Shown here: piece after piece, positions 1 to 10,603 of the stretch | Position numbering within the stretch: the first letter of the stretch is position 1 | Layout of the letters: the number at the start of each line of letters is the position of its first letter | From: a virus | Length of the DNA: 64,000 bases | IMG/VR virus record: IMGVR_UViG_3300033516_000084 | Span: 1-64,000 of that record | Strand: one strand, 5' to 3' | Made by a program: the position numbers and the translations under genes | The notes under the pieces: model-generated | What the model was told of the DNA's origin: nothing | Seen by the model: only the letters and a program-made list of their open reading frames with translations | The model's database searches: none

Positions 1-1624
1 AAACCGGGTCACTCCATGTCTCTCTTACTGGCAAGCGTACCCGGTTATCTATCAGCAACACCCTGCGGCGTACCGGTGTACCCGGTAGCTGTCGCACTAT
101 ACCTAGTATTACCCCTGTACCGCCAAAATACACGTCTTTTGCCGCTGTATTCGCTGTCACTACATTAGATTGTGGACCGGTAGATAGTGCAGACTCTGGG
201 CAGGTACGACCATATCCCATAGCCAACGGCTGTCTGGTTACCGGTAGGAGGTCTGAGGATATTGGGTACTCACCAAGTGAACAGGGTATAGCCGTAGTAC
301 CGAGTGAAGTCCACGGGAACTCTGTTGTTGGGGGGGTAAAGGCAGGTACATTAACAGCATCACACTCTACAGGGGTAAAGTTTGCTGTGTATCTAACTGC
401 ATAGGTAAGGCGAACATCGTCTAGGTATCCAGTGAACTCATCTGAGCGGAGTGAGTAACTTCCCCCGATAACGGTATCAGTGGTGTAGTCTATCACGGCA
501 CCAGACAGACTAGACCCTTCAAGAACACCGTTAACAAATAGGTAGTTTGTAGTCCCCTTTTGGCACACTGCAACGTGCATCCATTGGTCCAATACTATGG
601 TACTGGTACTTGTAGCGCGAGTAGTCGTATTGCCATAGTCTAAAAAAGTGATCAGATCATTAGCTTGAATGGTTATACACGGTCCTTCTTGACCATTACT
701 AACCCACCTGCTTCCGATCAAAGTCTGCTTCACCCCAACCTGTGCTGGTCTGAACCACATCTCCCATGTATAACCCTTATCTAGGTAAAACTTACCAGAC
801 AGTGCAATGCCACCCATTAGCATAGAGCGTGTACCAAACTTACTTTGGGCGGTAGTTGGAGCCACTGCCGTATAAGGTGCGTTTCTATAAGAAAGTATGA
901 AGGTATTTTGGGGTGCAGGGTTGATATTAGAGTCCCCCTCAAACTTGAGCAACACGGCTACATGCATAAAAAGAGGGTCACTCGATAGTAGAGGGTACCT
1001 AGACACCCCCTTTGTTATCCTCACCCCACTCAAATATCCTGTGTAGTCATAAGTATCGTTCCTACTAGTCACTTGAGCGCCTATACCCAGTACAGAAGGT
1101 ACTACCGAGTAATTATAGTTATGGGATGTAGAGCCATCAAATACGCCATCTACAAATAGTGATAAAACCCCAGAACTTCTACACACTGCAACGTGGTGCC
1201 AGAGGCCATCGTTTACTGACACGGAGCCGGTGAGTACGTTAGAGTTGACTCCCCACCATACAAGTTTACCCGTAGCTGAAATACTGACCTGCCACGAGGT
1301 GCCTGAATAGAAGTCGATAAAAACAATTAACTTTGTACCCACGGTGTTAACAAACGCTTCTACCGTGAAATCTTCTACCCCAAACACACACCCCGTTGTA
1401 GGTAAAGTAAGGTAGTCCCCACTACCGTCAAAATAGATACTTGAGACACCGAACTTTACCTTGGTGCTACTAGCCTTGGTATCACCATAAACGCTGGATG
1501 GCGTTAAGCCAATCCTATTCTGGAAGCTGGTATTCCCGGCTACCCCAAACCCTTCTAACAACACCGTAGTAAAGTTGTAGTACGGGTCTATGGTATATAT
1601 ATCTGATATGCTTACGGCAGGCAT
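1..1624 (-). CDS. LamG/concanavalin-A-like domain tail or receptor-binding protein (3' end runs off the window)
   Basis: Not in the ORF track because there is no stop in the window. ATG at 1624 reads MPAVSISDIYTIDPYYNFTTVLLEG...KFGVSSIYFDGSGDYL...FTVEAFV...WHHVAVCRSSG...VRITKGVSRY; a second similar repeat follows (WMHVAVCQKG...GYLDDVRLT), the typical phage LamG pattern. Confidence 0.8.
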   Translation of the reverse strand, partial: MPAVSISDIYTIDPYYNFTTVLLEGFGVAGNTSFQNRIGLTPSSVYGDTKASSTKVKFGVSSIYFDGSGDYLTLPTTGCVFGVEDFTVEAFVNTVGTKLIVFIDFYSGTSWQVSISATGKLVWWGVNSNVLTGSVSVNDGLWHHVAVCRSSGVLSLFVDGVFDGSTSHNYNYSVVPSVLGIGAQVTSRNDTYDYTGYLSGVRITKGVSRYPLLSSDPLFMHVAVLLKFEGDSNINPAPQNTFILSYRNAPYTAVAPTTAQSKFGTRSMLMGGIALSGKFYLDKGYTWEMWFRPAQVGVKQTLIGSRWVSNGQEGPCITIQANDLITFLDYGNTTTRATSTSTIVLDQWMHVAVCQKGTTNYLFVNGVLEGSSLSGAVIDYTTDTVIGGSYSLRSDEFTGYLDDVRLTYAVRYTANFTPVECDAVNVPAFTPPTTEFPWTSLGTTAIPCSLGEYPISSDLLPVTRQPLAMGYGRTCPESALSTGPQSNVVTANTAAKDVYFGGTGVILGIVRQLPGTPVRRRVLLIDNRVRLPVRETWSDPV

Positions 1625-1625
1625 A

Positions 1626-2921
1626 TTAGTACCAAGGTCCTGTTATATCGAATGCATAGAAGGCACTGGGTGATAAACTGCCAGACAAACTATTACAGCT
1701 TTGTATTATGACAAAGGTTCTTCCAGGGTACCCGGCTACCCCCGTTATCTTGTCTAAGTGTTGAAGTCCTGGCGCGTCATTGAGTATCCAGTACATGCCT
1801 GGGACCTTGCCTCGTAAGTGGGTTCCCTCTTTAATTAGTACTGGGAACAGTAATAGACTATAGTCTGGTCCATTGGGCCAAGAAATACCGTTAGAGTATC
1901 CAGTGACTTGAGTGGCACTTATGGTATTTAATGTGGTGAAAGAGACCGGTACTCCGGGCCCAAGTTGTGAGTATGAGCGTAGGGCCACTTTACCTAAGGT
2001 TGACCCAGTTTGGCAAAAATGTGAACACCAGTCCCCAGAGTTGTACCCTGGGTTAGCTGCAACTGACCTAGCTTGCGAAGCGTGAATGTAGGACTCTTGG
2101 GCACTAAGAAGTGTATTAAACCCATCAGCCTGACGGTAACTACCAAAATCCGTAAAGCATTTTCCACCCCTACCACCACCCACACCCCCTTGAATAGACT
2201 CATTAAACAAAAAGAACCCACGGTCATCACCCACTATAGTCCACATCCGATTACCAGCTTGTGGAGCCACATTATCAAAGTCGTTATCTGCATTGCTTTG
2301 CGCGTAGTACCACTTAAACCATCCCCCATAAGCAGTAGTACCACTACCGGTACCTATCTCATTTTTTGTCGGATAAGAAGGGTCATAGGGTGCGCGTTGT
2401 CCTACAAACGTATCAATATCTGACATTCCCTGCGCCATTGTTACCTTGGCATACTTGGCGTAGGTGGTGGTCCAGGCCGGGTCTAGTCCATCGTCTACCC
2501 GTAGGAATGGTCGATTACTCTCTGGGTTTTTACTGCGGTAGGCGCGTTTACTTCCACTGGAGTACACCTTTTCAAACCCTAGGAATGCCACCTTGGAGGT
2601 TATTGTGCCGGTAGCCGGGGTAGCCAGGGTGTCGGATACTGCATAGGTAAAGGTGTTGGTGGTTATTGACAACACCTGTTGCTCACCGTTGTACTCCTCT
2701 GGCACTGCACCATCCACTAGAACAATCTGGCCAACCTCATACCCGTGGGTGGCCGCAGTAGCGGTAGCCACTGTACCAACTCGCTCAAGCAGGGTGATGG
2801 TGCGTGGATTGAACCCGTCTACTAGACAAGCATCTAATACTGCGGTCATACAACCCCAGGCATTAGAAAGCTGTGGTGCGCCTACATTTCCGTGGTGAAA
2901 TACTTTTACTGGGTAGCTCAT
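1626..2921 (-). CDS. Tail fibre/tail-tip protein, paralog of 11711-12991
   Basis: ORF 1626..2942; likely start MSYPVKVF at 2921. Collinear similarity to 11711-12991 (GAP..SN.WG...A.LD..LV.GF; WAKY/W; GDxR.F; FDITGPW). Lies in the tail module. Confidence 0.7.
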   Translation of the reverse strand: MSYPVKVFHHGNVGAPQLSNAWGCMTAVLDACLVDGFNPRTITLLERVGTVATATAATHGYEVGQIVLVDGAVPEEYNGEQQVLSITTNTFTYAVSDTLATPATGTITSKVAFLGFEKVYSSGSKRAYRSKNPESNRPFLRVDDGLDPAWTTTYAKYAKVTMAQGMSDIDTFVGQRAPYDPSYPTKNEIGTGSGTTAYGGWFKWYYAQSNADNDFDNVAPQAGNRMWTIVGDDRGFFLFNESIQGGVGGGRGGKCFTDFGSYRQADGFNTLLSAQESYIHASQARSVAANPGYNSGDWCSHFCQTGSTLGKVALRSYSQLGPGVPVSFTTLNTISATQVTGYSNGISWPNGPDYSLLLFPVLIKEGTHLRGKVPGMYWILNDAPGLQHLDKITGVAGYPGRTFVIIQSCNSLSGSLSPSAFYAFDITGPWY

Positions 2922-2951
2922 AATAGTTCCTAGTCTGTGCAATTGATTGCA

Positions 2952-3173
2952 CTAAATATCAATGGTTACAGTGGGTAGGGCAGGGGCATCACCCTGTATA
3001 ACACCACCTTTTACAAATACAGATTTGCCCACCTCCGCCTTACCTCGGGCGATAAGCCTACCACCACCCAATAGGTTTACCATGTGGGTGTCCCCTGAAC
3101 TTGAGTACACGGTACCTATCATAAGTGGCTCTTTTGGTAAAAGTGACTGAAATAAGGTAAAAGCATTAGCCAT
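2952..3173 (-). CDS. Small tail-tip protein
   Basis: 73-aa ORF overlapping the stop of the upstream tail gene; ARG...VG..VFVKGGVIQG.AP.LP pattern of small tail-tip proteins. Confidence 0.6.
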   Translation of the reverse strand: MANAFTLFQSLLPKEPLMIGTVYSSSGDTHMVNLLGGGRLIARGKAEVGKSVFVKGGVIQGDAPALPTVTIDI

Positions 3174-6100
3174 AATGGGTCTCCAGTTCTACTGACTGCC
3201 TAAGATTGACCTGATTGCTCATGCTAACACTAACCCCTCTGACTAATCCCAGTACATAGTCAGTACCTTGAACATACTTTATCATCTGTCCGGGCTTGAT
3301 AATTCCGTTGGTCAACGGTGACACTGGCATACTTAGGCTTAGGGTGGCTATCTTTCCTGTGCGTGCCAGGATAGGTCTAGCGTACTGCCTAGCAGCCATC
3401 TGGTCGGTTATCAACTGGTGGGTCTCCATGGGTGCTAGATATTGGTTCTCACTACCTACTGAGGCAAGTTTTACATACGCACTGATGCCCGTAGATACCC
3501 CTGCAACATATACCGAATTGTACCTTGGTAGGTCTTCCCAAGCTATCCCCTCAGTTTCGATAAAAGAGGTCGGTATTTCCAGTAACCCGGTAGTCAGCCC
3601 TGCCCAATCCCAGGGTAAGGTGTTGTACACCGGCTTTATGTACAGGGTCTTGGTCTCTGGGTGGGGGTATAGGAACCCCCCGCAGGCTTTCGCCAGCTTA
3701 GAGTACGCATCAATGTAGGTACCGGACATACTCCAGGTGTTGGCAGGAACAAGCCAGTCATCCACTGCATCCGAGTTGACTACCCACCCATCGAAAGGTT
3801 CAGTATCATTGTTTGCCCTCATGATCGACTGCCCAACTATTTGTTTGTAATCCTTGTCACCGTCCACATAAAAGTCTACCTGACCACAGTAAGGAGCCCC
3901 AAGCCCTGCGGACAATCCTCTACCGGATACGCTGATACTAGACTTACCAAAAGACCGGCTCAAGCTCACTTTTTCCGCAAGTAAACTGAACAGTTCACCG
4001 TTGACTGAGGCGGTTAGCGGCGTAGGGTCGTACACTATACCATTAAATACCCTATCCAACTGGTCTCCGGGCATGGACGCACTGAATCCCCAAGCCCATG
4101 AATCCATGTCCAAGGACACACTAAACTGGGTGATTGGTAGCTCAACCATTCCGGCAGTCACATACAGGTGTACATCATTCATGATCGTATAAGAGGGTTG
4201 AACCGGTACTACGATGTTGGGTACGGTAGTGGGGACACCCACCCACGTACCTTCGCACTTAAAGTACAGGTCGGTTGTTATAGGGTAATCTGTACCAAAC
4301 ACCAGATTGGGGTCTGGCAGGTAGCAGACTTGGTGTGGTGGCTTAGTTGGGCCGATAGGACTACCCGGTACAGGACGTATTGCGTTTTGGTGGAACTCTA
4401 GCCACCTGAGTGACTGATGGTCACCGGTTCCATAACGTCCTAGGTAATCCTTGGATACCCTATCTGCCACCTGATGATAGGTGTCGACTATGCGCCGTAA
4501 TAACGACTGTCCTTGGTGCCTAGCCTGTGAGAAATACTGTGCTAGTACAGCGGTCTGGTGTGGCAGTGACTTAGCGGCCACGCTTATCCGTAGGGCAGAA
4601 CCTTCGTGTTCAAAAGTATAAGCACTGCTCTTCTTAGCATTCTGGTAAACACTAGACACCGGGCCATACGTGTGTACTAGGTTATACGTGGTAATAGTCT
4701 GCGCCCCTGATTTCCTGGTATTCGCCTGCTGCCACCCAGCCTCAATTACCTGACGGAGGGTTGAACTACTTTGATTTGTACTATTGAAGCCAGTTTCAGC
4801 CGTAGAAGCTACTTGATGTTTATTGGTGGTCGCATTAACATGGGGCCTCGCTACCGCTGGGTCATACAGGATAGAGGCACCTACTAGCGGGGGCAGCAAA
4901 ATAGCGGAAAACTCTACGAACGCCGGGGCATAGACCAGGGCGGTATTGCTGTCCCCTACTTCAAGGCCAGTGCTACCGTCGAACCCCAAGGACTCAATGC
5001 CCTCGGGGTAAACCACCCTAGCCCATAGAATAGCCTCTGGAGTTCCAAACTTGGTGTCTGGCTCAATACCCGTAGTGGTTATCCGGCAGTAGGCATGGCC
5101 TGTACCAAACTCTGCGCTATCTATCCCGCTAACGGCTACCGAAGACCCTACCTTTGGTAGTCCAAACTCTGTTGTCGAGGGTGTGCCCTGGGCAAAGGCC
5201 ACATAGGTGGTGGTTGGTACGCCAAAGCGTTGGCTATCCTGTCCCTGGGCATGGACAACATACGTGGTACTCGGTGTACCAAACTCGGTATCTGCTATTG
5301 AGCCGGGGTACAGGGCATCTGCCAGCAACTCTAGTTCTGGTACACCAAAGGCCGTACTACTGCTAATACCTGTAGGGCGTATATTCCACTGGGTAGTGAG
5401 CGCAGCCTGACCAAACTTAGTAGCTGGGACTATGCTCCCAACGGTCACCAGTATGTAATCATTCGACCCGAATACAAACTTAGTACCGTCTACCGAGTTT
5501 GGTATGGTCTCGGGCAGGGTGAAGTTTATGGTGGTGTTGGAGATTACATACGCAGTGCCTGTAGAAAATGACGGTACTCCTACTGAGTACACTGGGCTAG
5601 GGGCATACCCATGCCCAAATACCAGATCAGTAGAATCAGTACCTGCGGCGGGTGTTTGATTGAATACGAGGCCGTAGCTAGGGCCTATGGTTGGTACACC
5701 AAATACAAGGCCTGTGCCTTCTACAGGCTTTATAAATGAAAGATCAGACGCACCTATACCAAAGGTGAAAACCGTCCTAGACTCTGGACTAGGGTTAGGC
5801 TGGTCAAACAGGAAATTGGTGCCAGAAAAAACTGCTGGCCTTCCTAGGTAGTGCGGTGGAATACCGGAAGGGTACACCAGTGTTGGTGCGTGTATGATTC
5901 TAGGTAGGCCGTAGGCTGTATCTGGTTCGCCTATCACCAGCACCTGCTGTGATGGTATCAACCCGACTACCACAGGCTGTCCAGCGCCCGCTGGTGGCAT
6001 CCCCATCACCGTTAGCATGGTGTCCGGTGGGCCATCAGTATAGTGTGAGCCAAACTCCAGATCATAGAAGTCTGCGGGTAGATCGTCTGCGTAAAACTCC

Positions 6101-7188
6101 AGTTCTAGGCCACCACACTCAGCAGACTGTAGGTCACCAAACTCTGTAGACAGTAGACCGGGCACTCCTAATACTCTAGCTGGGGGTCTAGCTATACCAG
6201 CAGTACCAAACTTAGAACTGGGTATGCCACTGGTGGTCGTGTGAGTGTCGTACAACCATACATTGGGTTGACCATAGGCAGCACTATCAAACCCATTTAC
6301 CTGTAAATAGGTTACCCCCTCTACATAGAAGGGTGTATTAAGGGCCGTGGGTATCCTATAGTCCTGTAAAAACGAAAACTCTACTAGTCCGCCATTGGAA
6401 AGGACATCGTAGACCCTGGGTGTACCTATGCCTAGAAACTGACTGCCGGTTTGTGCAATTGATTGCGCGAGGTTACGAACTCCAGGTTTCCCTACACCTG
6501 CGGGGGGTATGGGGGCAGCGGATGCTACCTGAGCCCCACCAAAGGTAAAAGAGGGGGTAGAAGGTAGTGTGTACTGGGAATCAAACGCAAATTCTATCGG
6601 GCCAGTACTGCCTACCCTAGAGGCTCCAAATCCCAGTAAGTCCCCTACTGTGTTTGTTGCCACCAGTCGGGCGTTGTTAACTACCTTGGTAAGGCCAAAC
6701 TTTAGGGTGTTTCCTAGGGTAAGACCGGTAGACACTAACCCGGTACCAAAATACAGGCCTATATTTTTTGAATTAGTTGGTAGGTACTCGGTGGTGAACT
6801 CGAAGTCCTGTATACCAGTATCATCACCACGATAGGCCCTAGGAATCCCCACCCGAGGTGGTGTAATACTGGACACCAGTAGCTGGCGTGCGACATTCCC
6901 TACCGTTGGTACACCTATTTTAGACTGATTACCAGCGGATGCACCACCGATATTGAAGTACCCTCCAAAGGTAACCCCTACGTTGTATGCGGTAGGGGGG
7001 GAATACTGACCTTCAAAAGCCATCCATACCGCTGCACCCGTAGCGTCTGCATAGAAAACGGCGTTTGAAAACCCGAGTTTGGTAGACACCCAACCAACGG
7101 GTGCCACCGTAGCGGATACGTTGGCTACCCCCGCAGTACCAAACCGCAGGGTATTGCCTACACTGGCCCCCGCGATAGGTATCGCCAT
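3166..7188 (-). CDS. Large tail-tip protein (repetitive beta-rich N-terminus plus hub-like C-terminal domain)
   Basis: 1340-aa ORF with many G(I/F).S..FG.P repeats. C-terminal SLDMDSWAWGFSAS...RYNSVYVAG...HQLITD...ARQ region resembles siphophage tail-tip proteins. Confidence 0.65.
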   Translation of the reverse strand: MAIPIAGASVGNTLRFGTAGVANVSATVAPVGWVSTKLGFSNAVFYADATGAAVWMAFEGQYSPPTAYNVGVTFGGYFNIGGASAGNQSKIGVPTVGNVARQLLVSSITPPRVGIPRAYRGDDTGIQDFEFTTEYLPTNSKNIGLYFGTGLVSTGLTLGNTLKFGLTKVVNNARLVATNTVGDLLGFGASRVGSTGPIEFAFDSQYTLPSTPSFTFGGAQVASAAPIPPAGVGKPGVRNLAQSIAQTGSQFLGIGTPRVYDVLSNGGLVEFSFLQDYRIPTALNTPFYVEGVTYLQVNGFDSAAYGQPNVWLYDTHTTTSGIPSSKFGTAGIARPPARVLGVPGLLSTEFGDLQSAECGGLELEFYADDLPADFYDLEFGSHYTDGPPDTMLTVMGMPPAGAGQPVVVGLIPSQQVLVIGEPDTAYGLPRIIHAPTLVYPSGIPPHYLGRPAVFSGTNFLFDQPNPSPESRTVFTFGIGASDLSFIKPVEGTGLVFGVPTIGPSYGLVFNQTPAAGTDSTDLVFGHGYAPSPVYSVGVPSFSTGTAYVISNTTINFTLPETIPNSVDGTKFVFGSNDYILVTVGSIVPATKFGQAALTTQWNIRPTGISSSTAFGVPELELLADALYPGSIADTEFGTPSTTYVVHAQGQDSQRFGVPTTTYVAFAQGTPSTTEFGLPKVGSSVAVSGIDSAEFGTGHAYCRITTTGIEPDTKFGTPEAILWARVVYPEGIESLGFDGSTGLEVGDSNTALVYAPAFVEFSAILLPPLVGASILYDPAVARPHVNATTNKHQVASTAETGFNSTNQSSSTLRQVIEAGWQQANTRKSGAQTITTYNLVHTYGPVSSVYQNAKKSSAYTFEHEGSALRISVAAKSLPHQTAVLAQYFSQARHQGQSLLRRIVDTYHQVADRVSKDYLGRYGTGDHQSLRWLEFHQNAIRPVPGSPIGPTKPPHQVCYLPDPNLVFGTDYPITTDLYFKCEGTWVGVPTTVPNIVVPVQPSYTIMNDVHLYVTAGMVELPITQFSVSLDMDSWAWGFSASMPGDQLDRVFNGIVYDPTPLTASVNGELFSLLAEKVSLSRSFGKSSISVSGRGLSAGLGAPYCGQVDFYVDGDKDYKQIVGQSIMRANNDTEPFDGWVVNSDAVDDWLVPANTWSMSGTYIDAYSKLAKACGGFLYPHPETKTLYIKPVYNTLPWDWAGLTTGLLEIPTSFIETEGIAWEDLPRYNSVYVAGVSTGISAYVKLASVGSENQYLAPMETHQLITDQMAARQYARPILARTGKIATLSLSMPVSPLTNGIIKPGQMIKYVQGTDYVLGLVRGVSVSMSNQVNLRQSVELETHYG

Positions 7189-7198
7189 GATCTACTGC

Positions 7199-9643
7199 CT
7201 AGGCGTTGCGGGCGGCGTAATGGGCGGCTATACGAGCAGCCGGTAGCACATACTGGTATATAGCCAGTTCCCCCAGGCCACCAGCAAATCGCTCACTAAT
7301 TACAGGGAGTATAGCTCCAGAAGGATTACACCCTATACCAAGATAAGGGGAGAAGGTTTCACCCGTATATGGGCTCACTGAATAAGTGTTGGCGTACACA
7401 TCTGGCAGAACTGTGGCGGGCTTTTCTACGTGAAGTACCCCGTTTACATACAACGCACAGGTCTTGGTATTCCAAGGGTCATACGTTACTGCAATATGGT
7501 AGGCTTGATTAGCTACTAAAGCGTACCCAAATGAAATATCAGAATACTGACCGGTAGTATCACATAGGGTAAGGTATACCACCCCATTCAAACACCATAA
7601 CCCCATAGGTGAGGCACCCACATGCCTTCTTGTAAAGATTAACCTCTGAGTACCCGCCACGCTTGTGGGTCGGCAGAAAAGCTCTAACGTGAACACAGTG
7701 CCTATGTTCACCCCTCGTAATATCGCACCCCCGTTAACAGTATATACAGACGTGCTGCCGGAAACAAACCCAAGACCCCCGTACTGAGCACCTATTTCAT
7801 AGGTACCATAGTAGTCACAAGCACCCAGTGTTACCGGTACTTTTGCAGGGGCAGACAGGTCATTTAAACGGGAGTAGAACGATGGACTATCTGCCTCTAC
7901 CTGAGCCATATACCCTGACTGTGTGCTTGGAACTACATGAGTATCCCAGTTAATCAGTGAGTCATAGAAGGAGGCTACTTCTGCGGCAGTAAAGCATGAA
8001 TAGTACTTACCCACAAAGGCCACTGCCCCACCCCATGCTGGAGGATAACTCAATTGATGATTGTCCGTACCCGGATTTCTACCGTAACCACCTATCAACA
8101 GGCTGGTAATCCTACGAATATACCCCAAATTCGCGTTGCTAGAAGCGGAGTTGTAGTCCCAGTCTTCAAAATCCTTGTTTCCATCTTTGGTCTGGTGGAT
8201 GCCATAACCAAAAAGCCGCCCTGCTCCGGGTATTAAGGTCTTTTGTACAGACACTCCATCTACATACAATTCAATGTCAGTGTCTTCTTTGTAGACCACC
8301 ATTACATGGTGAAAGGAGCCCGGTACTATGCTGTACGTACACCTAACAACAGACCTATTACGGACACTTAATGGGAACCGCACATTTATAACCCCTACAG
8401 GGGTTACTTCCAAGGTCGGACCCATACCCCTGTACGCATGGCTTATGCCACTCTGCTGAGAGTAATCATCAGAATCCCTAGTACCACCATGGACTATTAT
8501 CAACCCAGTTTCTGTAGAAGCGGGTGCCTTAAAAATGTACTCAAAAGTCAACTGTGAATAGTTCTCAGGCTGTCCTGGTAAATTAGTGGCAGAGGCCACG
8601 CCATCACTATCCCATAAACAAATGCCGTACAGGGGATCAGCCACTGACCTGTTTGAGGTCAGGTACTTTAGTGCGCCACCGGCTGTAACATTCCCGGTTG
8701 TTTGTGTAAAGTCAAAACCTTGTTGAATGGCATGGCTATTGTAATGGCGCTCTGACCCAAGTACATTACCACCAATCCATTTGTAGGTACCACCCGATAA
8801 ATAGTTAAGACAGCTAAACACACCACCAAGGCGCGGGTGCCTAGCTCTCCTGGCCCAAAACGCTTGGGCGGGTTGTAAATTACCTTTGGTGTTGATCGGG
8901 GTTATCCTGTCCCAGACAATGGCATTCTTATACGGTGGACCACTAGGATCAGTAGCCAGCACCATATAGGTTTTAAGCTCATTCAATCCGTTGAACGCAT
9001 AACCACCATACTGGTCAGTAGTCGTGTACCCTATGCGGGCCATTGTATCGCGGTCTAACAGGAACACCGGCCTATCTGGTAGGGCTACCCCATCTTCTGA
9101 AACAATACCATAAATGCCACCTGCACCCCCTAGCATAGAGCGTGAGGGAACCGGGTAGATACTAGACACCGTAGAGGCAGCCAACTTATGAATAGTGTTT
9201 ACCGATAGAATTGGCCTATGTGCCAGGGACTGTAAATACCATGTTATGTTGTCAGTAGACGACCAGATGTAAAAATCCAATGACGTGCAGTCCATTACAG
9301 TATTAGCATTATATACAGTAGATTTTACAGTCACTGCCGCAAAGTCAGGTAGCACAGTTACCCCTGTGCCAAAGTCAAATTGTACGTAGTTTAGGGTGGT
9401 TAATGTACTATTATAAGTTGGATAATTGAATACGTAGTCAGTAGTGGTGATACCGTCTACTAAATTTGTGATCGGATACCCAGCTATTACTGTGGCGTTG
9501 GTAGTGATGGCCGCAGCTAACAAGCCGATTGTCAGGTCTACTTTATTTATATCAAATAACGCTATCTGGCTAAATCCTAGTTGAGCATAGCTGTACTGGA
9601 TATTACTACGAAATCCAACCCTCCAATAACGAACTGGTGTCAT
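7199..9643 (-). CDS. Putative receptor-binding/tail protein with discoidin-like N-terminus and LamG-like domains
   Basis: 814 aa. N-terminal RYWRV...SSTDNITW; RPVFLLDR...TTDQYGGYAF segment; two HHV/YHIAVTYD...LYV(D/N)G LamG motifs; C-terminal ELAIY...RIAAHY. Confidence 0.65.
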   Translation of the reverse strand: MTPVRYWRVGFRSNIQYSYAQLGFSQIALFDINKVDLTIGLLAAAITTNATVIAGYPITNLVDGITTTDYVFNYPTYNSTLTTLNYVQFDFGTGVTVLPDFAAVTVKSTVYNANTVMDCTSLDFYIWSSTDNITWYLQSLAHRPILSVNTIHKLAASTVSSIYPVPSRSMLGGAGGIYGIVSEDGVALPDRPVFLLDRDTMARIGYTTTDQYGGYAFNGLNELKTYMVLATDPSGPPYKNAIVWDRITPINTKGNLQPAQAFWARRARHPRLGGVFSCLNYLSGGTYKWIGGNVLGSERHYNSHAIQQGFDFTQTTGNVTAGGALKYLTSNRSVADPLYGICLWDSDGVASATNLPGQPENYSQLTFEYIFKAPASTETGLIIVHGGTRDSDDYSQQSGISHAYRGMGPTLEVTPVGVINVRFPLSVRNRSVVRCTYSIVPGSFHHVMVVYKEDTDIELYVDGVSVQKTLIPGAGRLFGYGIHQTKDGNKDFEDWDYNSASSNANLGYIRRITSLLIGGYGRNPGTDNHQLSYPPAWGGAVAFVGKYYSCFTAAEVASFYDSLINWDTHVVPSTQSGYMAQVEADSPSFYSRLNDLSAPAKVPVTLGACDYYGTYEIGAQYGGLGFVSGSTSVYTVNGGAILRGVNIGTVFTLELFCRPTSVAGTQRLIFTRRHVGASPMGLWCLNGVVYLTLCDTTGQYSDISFGYALVANQAYHIAVTYDPWNTKTCALYVNGVLHVEKPATVLPDVYANTYSVSPYTGETFSPYLGIGCNPSGAILPVISERFAGGLGELAIYQYVLPAARIAAHYAARNA

Positions 9644-9668
9644 TCTCTTCTCCTACGTGTACACGACT

Positions 9669-9696
9669 CAGGGTGCGCCCTATCAAGGGCGATATA
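9669..9696 (-). terminator. Possible hairpin/weak terminator between tail genes
   Basis: Inverted repeat cgccct-atca-agggcg in an intergenic gap; no clear U-tract. Confidence 0.3.
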
Positions 9697-9715
9697 TCAT
9701 AATGGGATGAGGGAA

Positions 9716-10138
9716 TCAAAGTCTAAAAACTTTGTTAACCCCGTTATCCCAGGTCACGATAATGTCACCACCGTTGGGGGTGATCGGCAGTCCGGTAGCG
9801 CTGTCGATGTATGCCAGTAGTGTAGAAGCGGCCTCATCTACTGCGAGTGCCACGTCCAAGACCTCTACATAAATTACCAGGGCTTCAATCGTAGGGCCAA
9901 CAACAGCCGTGAACGTAACGTCCTTGGCATCCGCAGCACCATCAACGGTTGTTTTCTCGATCATCAGCGTGGGCGCGGTGATGCGGGCCACAGCCGGTAC
10001 ACTGGAAATGAATTGATGGGCCGCATCAAAAACATAGTTAGCAGTGTCCACCATAATTACTTTCGTAACTGCGGTAGCCCAAGAAAGTTGTCCTTCCAGA
10101 AAGCTCTGACGGGCCTTGTTATAGAGTGCGTTTGCCAT
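9716..10138 (-). CDS. Virion structural (tail) protein
   Basis: 140 aa, MANALYNKARQSFL...DAADVTFTAV...LPITPNGGDIIVTWDNG..KVFRL, a common phage tail-region protein pattern. Confidence 0.7.
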   Translation of the reverse strand: MANALYNKARQSFLEGQLSWATAVTKVIMVDTANYVFDAAHQFISSVPAVARITAPTLMIEKTTVDGAADAKDVTFTAVVGPTIEALVIYVEVLDVALAVDEAASTLLAYIDSATGLPITPNGGDIIVTWDNGVNKVFRL

Positions 10139-10189
10139 GATCGTATCCTAGTAAGTAGTTGATGGTAAGTTTAATCGGTAATCAGGCAT

Positions 10190-10603
10190 CTACCTAATTA
10201 CTGCCTGGGTAATGTACACATACCCACCTGCATATATTCTGGGCAGGGACAGTTTTAGCTCATGTCCACCTAGAATATCTGGGCCTCCCGCATCACAGTC
10301 AAAGGCCGTAGCCCCATTTCCGTTTATAAACCTAGCCCAGGTGGGCTCACCACTGATCATGACCATGCTCAGGTGGCTGGCGCTTTGTTCTAGGGTTAGG
10401 ACTCCGTTGGATACCAGTCCACAAGGTTTTTCAAGATAGAGTTCAACCAGCATAGGAGACATTATCGGAGGTATATCAATTACTGAGTACGGCCTTACCC
10501 CGGAGTACACCCTACACTTGGAGGGCGCTGTTCCAAGGTCTAAGAAGTCCACAACCGCCTGAAGCCGTAGGTCATTAAGACCTGAGGTTATGGCAATACT
10601 CAT
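10190..10603 (-). CDS. Virion structural (tail) protein
   Basis: 137 aa with YSG.RP...L.KPCG.V..GVLTL...PTWARF.NG.G...DCD pattern; translationally coupled to the upstream gene. Confidence 0.65.
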   Translation of the reverse strand: MSIAITSGLNDLRLQAVVDFLDLGTAPSKCRVYSGVRPYSVIDIPPIMSPMLVELYLEKPCGLVSNGVLTLEQSASHLSMVMISGEPTWARFINGNGATAFDCDAGGPDILGGHELKLSLPRIYAGGYVYITQAVIR